Shown here: positions 1-6,969 of the stretch, piece after piece
How the letters are laid out: the number at the start of each line of letters is the position of its first letter
Position numbering within the stretch: the first letter of the stretch is position 1
Virus record (IMG/VR): IMGVR_UViG_2690315922_000018
Coordinates: 1-10,792 of that record
Direction: 5' to 3' (one strand)
DNA from: a virus
Lineage: Duplodnaviria > Heunggongvirae > Uroviricota > Caudoviricetes
Length of the DNA stretch: 10,792 bases
Program-made: the position numbers and the translations under genes
The notes under the pieces: model-generated
Told to the model about the DNA's origin: nothing
The model's input: the letters and a program-made list of their open reading frames with translations, nothing else
Databases searched by the model: none

Positions 1-1236
1 CTACGATAACCGCGCATTCAACATGGCTACCTGTTCGTCGTTCATGTCATCAATCCACATACCGTAAATTTCATACACCATCTGCGCAGTTTCATGCCCC
101 ATCTGGCTGGCTATAAATGCCGGGTTCGCTCCTGCCGTCAACAGCCAACAGGCAAAAGTATGCCGCGTATGGTACGGATTACGGCGGCGAATACCAGCAC
201 GTTTTACTGCTGCATTCCATCTCGCCCCCAAACTGCTTACCGAGTAATAAGGTTTCTGTTTTCCGTTACACATCCTGGGCATGAAAACAAAATGCAGTTT
301 TTGCTTTTCGGTTCTGCCATACTCCCGATGATAAAAGGTGATTTCGCTTTTGCGATAATGTCCGGTCAGTTTGTATTGCTCCTTCAGTGCTTCAAGAGCA
401 GGCTGCAGTAATGTTACCGTTCGGATCCCGGCATTTGTTTTTGGAGGACCGAACATATCAAGTATCGTCAGGTTTCTTCTGACATTCACAATTCCCTTCT
501 CGAAATCCACATCCTCCCACGCCAGGGCTGCCAGTTCCCCGTGACGAAGCCCGGAGTAAACAGCAAATTTCCACAAGTTTTGACTCTGTCCTTTTTCTCT
601 TTCCATTAATGCATTGAATTCTGTTTTAGATAACGGATCAGGCTTTATTCTGTTTCGCTGTAATTTTTTTACTCCTTCAAATGGTTTGGTTGATATAAAT
701 CCCGACTGATACGCAAAACGTAACAACGAACATAGCAGGGCGATATAGTTATCAACTGTGCGCACGGTTCTTCCTTTTTTGTTGGCTCTTGGATTATCCT
801 GGTAAAGCGTTTCTCCATGCAGCAGTTCATTTCGGTAGCTTAAGATATCGCTATAACGAATATGTGATATTGGGGTACTCTCGCAAATGATTATTCTGAG
901 AGTTTTTAATTGTGATTTTGTTTTCTTCATTGTGTTTGTTGTTAACTCTGTCTCTTTAATTTTTGTCCAGATATCACAAAGCTCCCCGAATGTTTTTATG
1001 ACCCTCGTTGTCACCATTTTTGCCCCGGTATTGGACTGGGGAAAACGTCTTAAATACTCGAACTCGCCGGAATTTATTTCGTGAACTATCAATGCTCTTA
1101 AACTCCCGGCCTTTTTAATGTTACTGTTAGTAACCTCCCAGCCTTTCAATGTTTCCCGACATCGTTTCCCTCGAAACATGAACCAGATGCGAATGTATTT
1201 ACCTCGAATCTCGACACCTGTTGGTAATTTAGACAT
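1..1236 (-). CDS. intR: Tyrosine-type site-specific integrase, Rac prophage IntR family (411 aa)
   Basis: Full-length ORF from ATG at 1236..1234 to TAG at 3..1. N-terminal sequence MSKLPTGVEIRGKYIRIWFMFRGKRCRETLKGWEV closely matches the Rac integrase as I recall it; the C-terminal region carries the tyrosine-recombinase R...HxxR...Y pattern (HTRHTFACWLL ... MVYEIYGMW). It is the terminal gene of the leftward operon, as in lambdoid phages. Confidence 0.9.
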   Translation of the reverse strand: MSKLPTGVEIRGKYIRIWFMFRGKRCRETLKGWEVTNSNIKKAGSLRALIVHEINSGEFEYLRRFPQSNTGAKMVTTRVIKTFGELCDIWTKIKETELTTNTMKKTKSQLKTLRIIICESTPISHIRYSDILSYRNELLHGETLYQDNPRANKKGRTVRTVDNYIALLCSLLRFAYQSGFISTKPFEGVKKLQRNRIKPDPLSKTEFNALMEREKGQSQNLWKFAVYSGLRHGELAALAWEDVDFEKGIVNVRRNLTILDMFGPPKTNAGIRTVTLLQPALEALKEQYKLTGHYRKSEITFYHREYGRTEKQKLHFVFMPRMCNGKQKPYYSVSSLGARWNAAVKRAGIRRRNPYHTRHTFACWLLTAGANPAFIASQMGHETAQMVYEIYGMWIDDMNDEQVAMLNARLS

Positions 1237-1237
1237 A

Positions 1238-1453
1238 TTATGAGTCTTTGATAAACTGATTTATCTTCGGATAGTTGTACCAGATAATCCCTCGCTTGCT
1301 GTCTGGCTTACCTAAAGGAGATACTCGTTTGAAGTGGAGACCTTCCACCCAACAGTTCTGGCGATATGCTTCAATTTGTCTGGCCCCCAGACCAGTACGA
1401 AGCATCAGACCGTATTCAACCATCCACTCTTCATTAAAGATCACTTGTGCCAT
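1238..1453 (-). CDS. ydaQ: Excisionase-like protein, YdaQ/XisR family (71 aa)
   Basis: ATG at 1453..1451 with a GAGGTGA-type SD upstream; the ORF-track start at 1477 is TTG. Stop TAA at 1240..1238 lies 1 nt from the int start. The product [30 protein letters not shown]... matches Rac YdaQ as I recall it, in the xis position immediately upstream of int. Confidence 0.75.
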   Translation of the reverse strand: MAQVIFNEEWMVEYGLMLRTGLGARQIEAYRQNCWVEGLHFKRVSPLGKPDSKRGIIWYNYPKINQFIKDS

Positions 1454-1552
1454 CGCATCACCTCTGGCGGGCGACAATATTAGACAGAAATTGACGCCCG
1501 GCGTTGATTATTAATAATCAGCTATGAAGTTTTAATTTGAATACAATGCAAC

Positions 1553-1753
1553 TTACCAAGACTGAAGTTTCTCGCAATTAAAATTCATCAGTTTTACTTT
1601 TTGCTCTCTGGAAACGCCTGCTTCTTTTTTCCCTGAGAGCATTTTTTCGCATTCTGATTTCGTTAGTTTAGATTTTGAATATCTTGTCCAGTTAGTAGGA
1701 GTACCACCTTCCTTTTCAATTGTGGCGGTAATTTTATACATAGATGCCTCCAT
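1553..1753 (-). CDS. ydaC: Small conserved prophage protein, YdaC-like (DUF1187)
   Basis: ORF 1553..1813; the likely start is the internal ATG at 1753 ([17 protein letters not shown]...), but the ATG at 1813 cannot be excluded and neither has a strong SD. Position between ralR and xis matches Rac synteny. Confidence 0.5.
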   Translation of the reverse strand: MEASMYKITATIEKEGGTPTNWTRYSKSKLTKSECEKMLSGKKEAGVSREQKVKLMNFNCEKLQSW

Positions 1754-1964
1754 TAATATTTTCAGCGGTTCGTTTATTCCATCTTTCGAGGGCTTCTTTC
1801 TCACTTCCACCATAGCCAGTTCGGGATTCGCATCCGTTGCATTTTGCCCGGTAATACCCTGAAATGGCTTTCACCGTTACAGATGGACAACCACAAAACG
1901 GACATGGTTTGACTTTTGTGTATCGCTCTGGTTTTTCTCCTGTGAGCTTTGTGGCTGCGCTCAT
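1734..1964 (-). CDS. ralR: Restriction-alleviation protein, Lar/RalR family (about 76 aa)
   Basis: Contains the CPFCG ... C..C ... ERWNKR pattern typical of the Lar family. Preferred start is ATG 1964..1962 (GGGGAG SD about 8 nt upstream), which forms an ATGA overlap with the exo stop; the alternative ATG at 1970 has the SD too close. Confidence 0.7.
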   Translation of the reverse strand: MSAATKLTGEKPERYTKVKPCPFCGCPSVTVKAISGYYRAKCNGCESRTGYGGSEKEALERWNKRTAENINGGIYV

Positions 1965-2641
1965 TTCCATTGCTCCCCAAATACAAAACCAATTTCAGCA
2001 AGTGCCTCGTCCATTTTTTCGATGAATTCTGGCACCATCTCGTCAAAACTCGCCATGTACTTTTCATCCCGCTCAACCACGACATAATGCAGGCCTTCAC
2101 GCTTCATACGCGGGTCATAGTTGGCAAAGTACCAGGCATCTTTTTGCGTCACCCACATGCTGTACTGCACCTGGGACATGTAAGCCGACTTTATGGCCCC
2201 GAAACCACCGAGCCGGAACTTCATGAAATCCCGGGAGGTAAACGGGCATTTCAGTTCAAGGCCGTTACCGTCGTTGCATAAGCCATCGGGAGAGCAGGCG
2301 GTGCGCATAGTCTCGTCACGATAGATGATCGGGGATTCAGTAACATTCACGCCGGAAATGAACTCAAACAGGGCTCTGGCGTCGTTCTCGTACTGTTTTC
2401 CCCAGGCCAGTGCTTTAGCGTTAACTTCCGGGGTCACTCCGGTGCAGACCTCAGCCAGCAGGGTGTGGAAGTAGGACATTTTCATGTCAGGCCATTTCTT
2501 TCCTGAGCGGGGTTTTGCTATCACGTTGTGAACTTCTGAAGCTGTGATGACGCCGAGCCGTAATTTGTGCCACGCATCATCCCCTTGTTTAACAGTTCTC
2601 ACGTCGATTCCTGTACGTTGCAGGATAATGTCAGGAGTCAT
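1961..2641 (-). CDS. exo: Lambda-type exonuclease (Red alpha / Exo, YqaJ fold), 226 aa
   Basis: Near-identical over its full length to phage lambda Exo as I recall it ([15 protein letters not shown]...[20 protein letters not shown]...[11 protein letters not shown]), same length of 226 aa. Start ATG 2641..2639 overlaps the bet stop TGA 2640..2638. Confidence 0.95.
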   Translation of the reverse strand: MTPDIILQRTGIDVRTVKQGDDAWHKLRLGVITASEVHNVIAKPRSGKKWPDMKMSYFHTLLAEVCTGVTPEVNAKALAWGKQYENDARALFEFISGVNVTESPIIYRDETMRTACSPDGLCNDGNGLELKCPFTSRDFMKFRLGGFGAIKSAYMSQVQYSMWVTQKDAWYFANYDPRMKREGLHYVVVERDEKYMASFDEMVPEFIEKMDEALAEIGFVFGEQWK

Positions 2642-3417
2642 GCTGCCACCTTCTGCTCTGCGGCTTTCCGTTTCAGGAATCCAAGAGTTTTCACTGCTTC
2701 GGTCTGCGTCAGTTCTGATGATGCGCGAATGTCGCGGCGAAGTATCTGGGAACAGAGCGGCAATAAGTCGTCATCCCATGTTTTATCCAGGGCGATCAGC
2801 AGAGCGTTAATCTCCTGCATGGTTTCATCGTTAACCGGAGTGATGTCGCGTTCCGGCTGACTTTCTGATGCGGTATTTTCGACAATGCGCTCGGCTTCAT
2901 CCTTGTCATAGATACCAGCAAATCCGAAGGCCAGACGGGCACACTGAATCATGGCTTTATGCCGTAACATCCGCTTGGGGTGCGACTGCCACGGCCCCGT
3001 AACTTCTTTGCCTTCGCGGGTTTTGAATGGTTCGCGGCGGCACTCATCCATCCACTCGGTAACGCAGATCGGATGATTGCGGTCCTTGCGATAAATCCGG
3101 CATGTACAGGATTCATTGTCCTGCTCAAAGTCCATACCATCAAACTGCTGGTTTTCATTGATGATGCGGGACCAGCCATCAACGCCCACCACCGGAACGA
3201 TACCATTCTGCTTATCAGGGAAGGCGTAAATCTCTTTCGTCCACGGATTAAGACCGTACTGGTTGGCGACGATCAGCAGCGCGATGAATTGCGCATCGCT
3301 GGCATTGCCTTTAAATGCTGTCTGGCGAAGAGTGGCGATCAGTTCCTGCGGGTCGACAGTATCCATGCCGACACGTTCAGCCAGCTTCCCGGCCAGCGTT
3401 GCGAGTGCAGTACTCAT
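2638..3417 (-). CDS. bet: Lambda-type single-strand annealing protein (Red beta / Bet), 259 aa
   Basis: Near-identical to lambda Bet as I recall it ([19 protein letters not shown]...[42 protein letters not shown]...), about 2 aa shorter. ATG at 3417..3415. Confidence 0.95.
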   Translation of the reverse strand: MSTALATLAGKLAERVGMDTVDPQELIATLRQTAFKGNASDAQFIALLIVANQYGLNPWTKEIYAFPDKQNGIVPVVGVDGWSRIINENQQFDGMDFEQDNESCTCRIYRKDRNHPICVTEWMDECRREPFKTREGKEVTGPWQSHPKRMLRHKAMIQCARLAFGFAGIYDKDEAERIVENTASESQPERDITPVNDETMQEINALLIALDKTWDDDLLPLCSQILRRDIRASSELTQTEAVKTLGFLKRKAAEQKVAA

Positions 3418-3422
3418 TCGTT

Positions 3423-3722
3423 TTATACCTCTGAATCAATATCAACCTGGTGACGCGCAATGGTTTCAACCATGTACCGGATGTGTTCTGCCATGCGCTC
3501 CTGAAACTCAACATCATTATCAAATGCGCGGCTAATTGCCTGTTTACTGGCGCCGTGGCGTTGCAAATGGTCGATGCAGAGCGATTCAAACAGGTGCTGG
3601 GGCAGACCCTTTTCCAGGTCGCCCGCCAGCTCTGTTTCTTTTTCTTCGCGAACGATCTGCTGGTAGTGGCGTGACCATGCCAGATCTTCAATGCGATCAA
3701 AAATCAGGCATGTGCTCATCAT
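3423..3722 (-). CDS. gam: Lambda-type Gam (RecBCD inhibitor), short form of about 99 aa
   Basis: C-terminal 85 aa nearly identical to lambda Gam as I recall it (...[40 protein letters not shown]...[26 protein letters not shown]). First ATG is the tandem ATG ATG at 3722/3719; the ORF-track start at 3755 is a TTG. The start overlaps the 3' end of the upstream 663-aa ORF (stop at 3699..3697). Confidence 0.9.
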   Translation of the reverse strand: MMSTCLIFDRIEDLAWSRHYQQIVREEKETELAGDLEKGLPQHLFESLCIDHLQRHGASKQAISRAFDNDVEFQERMAEHIRYMVETIARHQVDIDSEV

Positions 3723-5688
3723 CCGCCACTCCAAAATTTTCAAGCCTGTTGGCAATCATCATTGCAATACCCGGAATTAATGGCGCTGAGGCTATACCCG
3801 CAGGATTCGCACATAAACCGTAAACCGCCGCAATCACCACTTGTCTTTTCCAGTCGAGTTTTTCTAATGATGAAGCTGCTGCTTCACCAGTTTCATCACT
3901 GCAATCGTGATGCTGATCGCTGCCAGCGTTCTCCTTGTGCAGATGTTTATTGTCTTCCATTTTCTCCGAATCTTTTTCCTGAGATTCATCCATATTTTCT
4001 TCATTAAAGGTTTCCTGATACGTTGCGTCTCCCATCACTGCACCACAGTCAGGGCAGCTATTTCCTCCAGCCTGACCGCAGGCGGTGTAAATTTTTTCTG
4101 CTTCCTGTTTCGCTACTGGCTCAGGTTGTTTCACATCCGGGCTGGTTTTTTCAGTTTCTGGTGTGTTTTGTTCTGTTTCTGGCTTATTCTGGTACACAGA
4201 ATCGCGGGTCTGGATCCCCTTGACCCATTTCGGATCGTTCGGGTCGCTAATTCCTTCAACAAACTCTCCGTGACAGGCAGCCAGTAATTTGTCTGCATCG
4301 ACAGGATTTTGGGGCGGAATGTTTTTCCGGGCTTCATGGAGTTCTGCCCTCAGTTCCTGATATTTCGCATCAACAGAATTTACCTGTGGCTGAGCATCCA
4401 TCGACTGCGTGTTCTGATGATGTTCAGTTGTATCCGGTTCCACTGTTTCAGGCGTTGCCTGTTCATTTGCCATTGCGCCAGATGGTTGTGGTTTTTCTTC
4501 ACCTTGTTTTCCTTCTTCTGTATCACGCTGTGGCATTGGGGCTGAGGAACGGCCGCAAGCAATATCCACGATTTCCTGATCAGGATTGGCGTGATTGGTT
4601 TCAATCAGCACCTTGTTCAGATATTCAGTGACGTGCGCGTGAATAACCTCAATACCGATAGGTGCTTCTTTCACGGATGCAACCACGATGGCGCGGGAAT
4701 AATCCAATCCCCCAGGCATAGCAGTGAATATGTCACGGAAAACAGAAAAGGGCGGCTTATTCTCTGCGATGATTTCATCAATACGTTTAGCGTGTGCCGG
4801 ATGAAGGTTATAAATATCAACATCCATTGAACGGGCCAGAATGCCAGTCGCAACATCGCGTGCCAGCGAAGCCTGATCGTGGACGAAATCTTCACCGCGA
4901 TCAGTTTTGTTCCCGCCGCCAGCATTAGCACCGGAGGGCGTGCGGGTGATGCGTGAAACACGATTCCCTTTCATCCACTCTTTTGTCAGCAGACCTCGAT
5001 CGGTGTAGTCGGTGCCCAGGTATGCTTCGAAAAAAGCAGTCATCAGTCCCAGATCTGAATTACCAGGATTAGGGAAAACTTTGTCAGTGTCACGAACCAG
5101 TTTGTGGAGATCTCGAATCTCAAGCAGTTCGAGTTGTGCTGTTTTATTTGAGATAGCCAGCGCTGTAACTGCGGGAAGTTCTTCATCCCGTGCAATGTGT
5201 AATGCCTGGAGTTCGTCGCGTGAAACGTGCGTTACTGGATTTTCACTGCCGTGTTGTGCCAGCCAGCGAACAGGTAATTCCTGACCTGAAATCGGCAGGA
5301 GCATGCTCTCCTCAATCTCAGTCATATCTTCGCCGTTGACGTTGGCATTGTCAGTGCTGGCTGGTTTGTCCTGTGCAGAGTGTGATGGCGCGATAAATAC
5401 CATTGTAATGCCATCTTCCCCGCCTTTTTCGTAACGGTTGCAGAATTCCGTATCAAATACGCCTTCTGGCGGAAGGTCATCAACAACGGGCAAATTTACG
5501 CGAACAGGTTTTTTAAAATCATCTTCGTCGTAGCCTGCATCGTCCATTGCAGCAATGCAGCGTGAAACCGCAACAGAAAGTTTTTTTGCCTCTGTCCAGA
5601 AGAAGCCGCCTTTGATGCCGAGGCGTTTTCTTGCGCCCTCATTTTTCGCGTCGCAATGTAACGCAAAATTTTGTTTGTCAGTGCTCAT
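3697..5688 (-). CDS. Large RecE (exodeoxyribonuclease VIII) N-terminal-region-like protein, 663 aa, with a divergent C-terminal tail and no evident nuclease domain
   Basis: Uninterrupted 663-codon ORF, ATG at 5688..5686 with a GAGG about 10 nt upstream. It sits immediately downstream of racC, which is the recE position in Rac. Long stretches ([101 protein letters not shown]) match what I recall of the non-catalytic N-terminal region of RecE; I cannot fully separate recall from priming by the sequence. The last 130 aa carry a Cys cluster ([12 protein letters not shown]), an acidic low-complexity run and a roughly 30-aa hydrophobic segment. Confidence 0.6.
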   Translation of the reverse strand: MSTDKQNFALHCDAKNEGARKRLGIKGGFFWTEAKKLSVAVSRCIAAMDDAGYDEDDFKKPVRVNLPVVDDLPPEGVFDTEFCNRYEKGGEDGITMVFIAPSHSAQDKPASTDNANVNGEDMTEIEESMLLPISGQELPVRWLAQHGSENPVTHVSRDELQALHIARDEELPAVTALAISNKTAQLELLEIRDLHKLVRDTDKVFPNPGNSDLGLMTAFFEAYLGTDYTDRGLLTKEWMKGNRVSRITRTPSGANAGGGNKTDRGEDFVHDQASLARDVATGILARSMDVDIYNLHPAHAKRIDEIIAENKPPFSVFRDIFTAMPGGLDYSRAIVVASVKEAPIGIEVIHAHVTEYLNKVLIETNHANPDQEIVDIACGRSSAPMPQRDTEEGKQGEEKPQPSGAMANEQATPETVEPDTTEHHQNTQSMDAQPQVNSVDAKYQELRAELHEARKNIPPQNPVDADKLLAACHGEFVEGISDPNDPKWVKGIQTRDSVYQNKPETEQNTPETEKTSPDVKQPEPVAKQEAEKIYTACGQAGGNSCPDCGAVMGDATYQETFNEENMDESQEKDSEKMEDNKHLHKENAGSDQHHDCSDETGEAAASSLEKLDWKRQVVIAAVYGLCANPAGIASAPLIPGIAMMIANRLENFGVADDEHMPDF

Positions 5689-5756
5689 TGTTTTTTAACC
5701 TCAACTCAGATTAAAATTTAGTGCGAGTGATGAATAAATGTCCCAGGTTTTTCACT

Positions 5757-5789
5757 CAGGCCTGTACACTGTGCAGGCTTTCTTTTTTT
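5757..5789 (+). terminator. Putative rho-independent terminator on the plus strand (8-10 bp GC-rich stem followed by TTTCTTTTTTT)
   Basis: Stem 5759-5766 (GCCTGTAC) pairs with 5770-5777, followed by a T-rich run 5778-5789. On the minus strand the same hairpin is not followed by a U-run. Lies between the racC stop and the 663-aa ORF start. Confidence 0.35.
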
Positions 5790-6064
5790 CAAATTTCACC
5801 TTTTAATTTCATTGCAATCAGAGTTGCCAGAAACTCAGCTTTTTTTTCTGCTGGCAGATTATTTCCAATGTGCACCAGGCACATTTTTTTGACGCCTTCG
5901 TGAAGTGTTTTAACGTTGCCTGATGGACCGTCGATATCAACCACAGTGAATGGGGTTTCTTTATTTTCTGTTTTAATCACGTAGCCAATACGCTTTCCGT
6001 CCAGATTGACCTCGTGAACAATGTCATCAGTAGTTACAACAGTGGCTTCATAATTGGTAATCAT
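5789..6064 (-). CDS. racC: RacC (Rac prophage small protein), 91 aa
   Basis: ATG 6064..6062 with AAGGAG SD 7 nt upstream; product MITNYEATVVTTDDIVHEVNL.GKRIGYVIKTENKETPFTVVDIDGPSGNVKTL... matches Rac RacC as I recall it. The ORF-track N-terminal extension to 6112 is probably not used. Confidence 0.8.
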   Translation of the reverse strand: MITNYEATVVTTDDIVHEVNLDGKRIGYVIKTENKETPFTVVDIDGPSGNVKTLHEGVKKMCLVHIGNNLPAEKKAEFLATLIAMKLKGEI

Positions 6065-6138
6065 GTTTTTCTCCTTAATTAAGGTTGAGCGAATCCCTGC
6101 CATTGCTGGCATAAATTCAGTTTCGAATAGTCAGTTAA

Positions 6139-6309
6139 TTAAAGTTCGTGTGCCATCTGGTCTTTTTCGGCACAAGTTTCACTGCAATATTTTCTTGGTT
6201 CGTCTTTTGATAAAGTTCCGTGCATGAAATGAAGCATTCTTTCAATAGTTTTGCTTTCTTCAACGTCTTTTTTGCAAAGGTGGTAAGCACATTTTATTTT
6301 CTTATCCAT
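6139..6309 (-). CDS. ydaE: YdaE-like small Cys-rich (putative zinc-binding) protein, 56 aa; not in the ORF track
   Basis: Hand translation of the minus strand: ATG 6309..6307 -> [56 protein letters not shown], stop TAA 6141..6139. The start overlaps the kilR stop (TGATG). Position between kilR and racC matches Rac. Confidence 0.7.
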   Translation of the reverse strand: MDKKIKCAYHLCKKDVEESKTIERMLHFMHGTLSKDEPRKYCSETCAEKDQMAHEL

Positions 6310-6530
6310 CACCATGACTCCGCTTTTACAGGTAAACCATCACTACCGAGGAAGACTTTAATCATGCAGTCAGAAATGCATGTTTTTGTAGTCAGGCTAC
6401 GAATATAAAGTTTTCGCTTTTTTATATTGTTTGCCGAGGCGATATATGTCCGGCCTTCATGAAGAACATAATCGCCAGGAGTTACACACTGACGTGGTAT
6501 TTCATCAGTTCCGAAGTGATGAGTAATCAT
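6309..6530 (-). CDS. kilR: KilR-like killing protein (Rac KilR is an FtsZ inhibitor), 73 aa
   Basis: ATG 6530..6528 preceded by GGAGA with 6-nt spacing; the ORF-track start at 6542 lacks an SD. Product ...[67 protein letters not shown] matches KilR as I recall it. Confidence 0.8.
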   Translation of the reverse strand: MITHHFGTDEIPRQCVTPGDYVLHEGRTYIASANNIKKRKLYIRSLTTKTCISDCMIKVFLGSDGLPVKAESW

Positions 6531-6702
6531 AATTATCTCCATTTTTACAAATGAATTTTGTCGATGCGGTGCCTGGTGCCTCCAGGTGACGTTAACCAGT
6601 TAACAATTAACGCCGGATACAGAGAATCCACCCATAACACTGTTTTTAGCTTTAACTGTTCCGCGTGCGCTTAGCCGCATTCACCGCATCACAAAATTCA
6701 CT

Positions 6703-6751
6703 TTAAAAAGGGCGGACATCAGCCAAACTTCAAGAAAAAACTGATGCCGCC
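6703..6751 (-). terminator. Terminator-like hairpin on the minus strand (imperfect 11-bp stem, long loop, then CUUUUU)
   Basis: 6711-6722 GGCGGACATCAG pairs with 6741-6751 CTGATGCCGCC (one bulge). On the minus strand the stem is followed by CTTTTTAAAG (plus 6701-6710). The 18-nt loop is atypical for an intrinsic terminator, hence low confidence. Confidence 0.3.
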
Positions 6752-6969
6752 AGGACTACACACAGCAATGTCGTTATTTACAACCGGAGGCGCACTCCCA
6801 CCATTTAAATTTAACAGACAAGACCGACTCTTTATGGATACCGGAAGTGCGCCTTCGTGTTGTGCCCGGTTTTATTTCACCACCTCCGGGCTTCGGTGGT
6901 CTCGGCTATACCCCTACAGCGAGAGCTTGTGTTAACATTTCAATACCCTTACAGTTGAGAGTTATTGAT

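Noticed and set aside
94-411. Plus-strand ORF (105 aa) inside the integrase gene
   Set aside because: Entirely antisense to a confidently identified integrase, with no SD and no recognisable protein features.
1275-1514. Plus-strand ORF (79 aa) overlapping the xis-like gene
   Set aside because: Antisense to the YdaQ-like gene, which has a better start and synteny; no SD.
1454-1552. Possible terminator or promoter in the ydaC-xis intergenic region (ACGCC-CGG-GGCGT)
   Set aside because: The inverted repeat has a loop of only 1-2 nt and no flanking U-run. A TAATAT -10 candidate lacks a -35 partner. Only the 16-bp palindrome was kept as a finding.
1801-2281. ORFs 1801..2100 (-) and 1949..2281 (+) overlapping exo and ralR
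   Set aside because: They are alternative frames or antisense of the near-lambda-identical exo and the Lar-family gene.
2544-3535. ORFs 2544..2810 (+), 2567..2860 (+), 2949..3206 (-), 2980..3453 (+), 3263..3535 (+)
   Set aside because: All lie within or antisense to bet, exo or gam, whose frames are fixed by near-identity to lambda proteins.
3377-3700. 107-aa minus-strand ORF overlapping the bet/gam junction
   Set aside because: Wrong frame relative to gam and bet; explained as an out-of-frame overlap.
3450-5284. Numerous plus-strand and off-frame ORFs inside the 663-aa gene (for example 3907..4287, 4023..4223, 4309..4545, 4386..4631, 5012..5284)
   Set aside because: Their F/L/C-rich, low-complexity translations are the typical antisense image of an acidic-rich coding strand; the single 663-codon minus-strand frame is the far more parsimonious gene.
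5721-5903. Plus-strand 60-aa ORF spanning the racC / recE-like gap
   Set aside because: Runs through the predicted hairpin and antisense into racC; no SD.
6220-6408. Plus-strand 62-aa ORF
   Set aside because: Antisense to ydaE and kilR, which are supported by sequence and synteny.
6927-6955. Possible sieB promoter TTGTGT-N17-TACAGT
   Set aside because: The predicted start would fall downstream of the sieB SD, leaving no room for a ribosome-binding site; not reported as a feature.
6744-6969. ORF 6744..6935 (+) and the N-terminal extension of the sieB ORF back to 6847
   Set aside because: The sieB homology begins at the ATG at 6970; the upstream extension has no SD and its translation is Pro/Gly-rich. 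The 63-aa ORF begins inside the hairpin.
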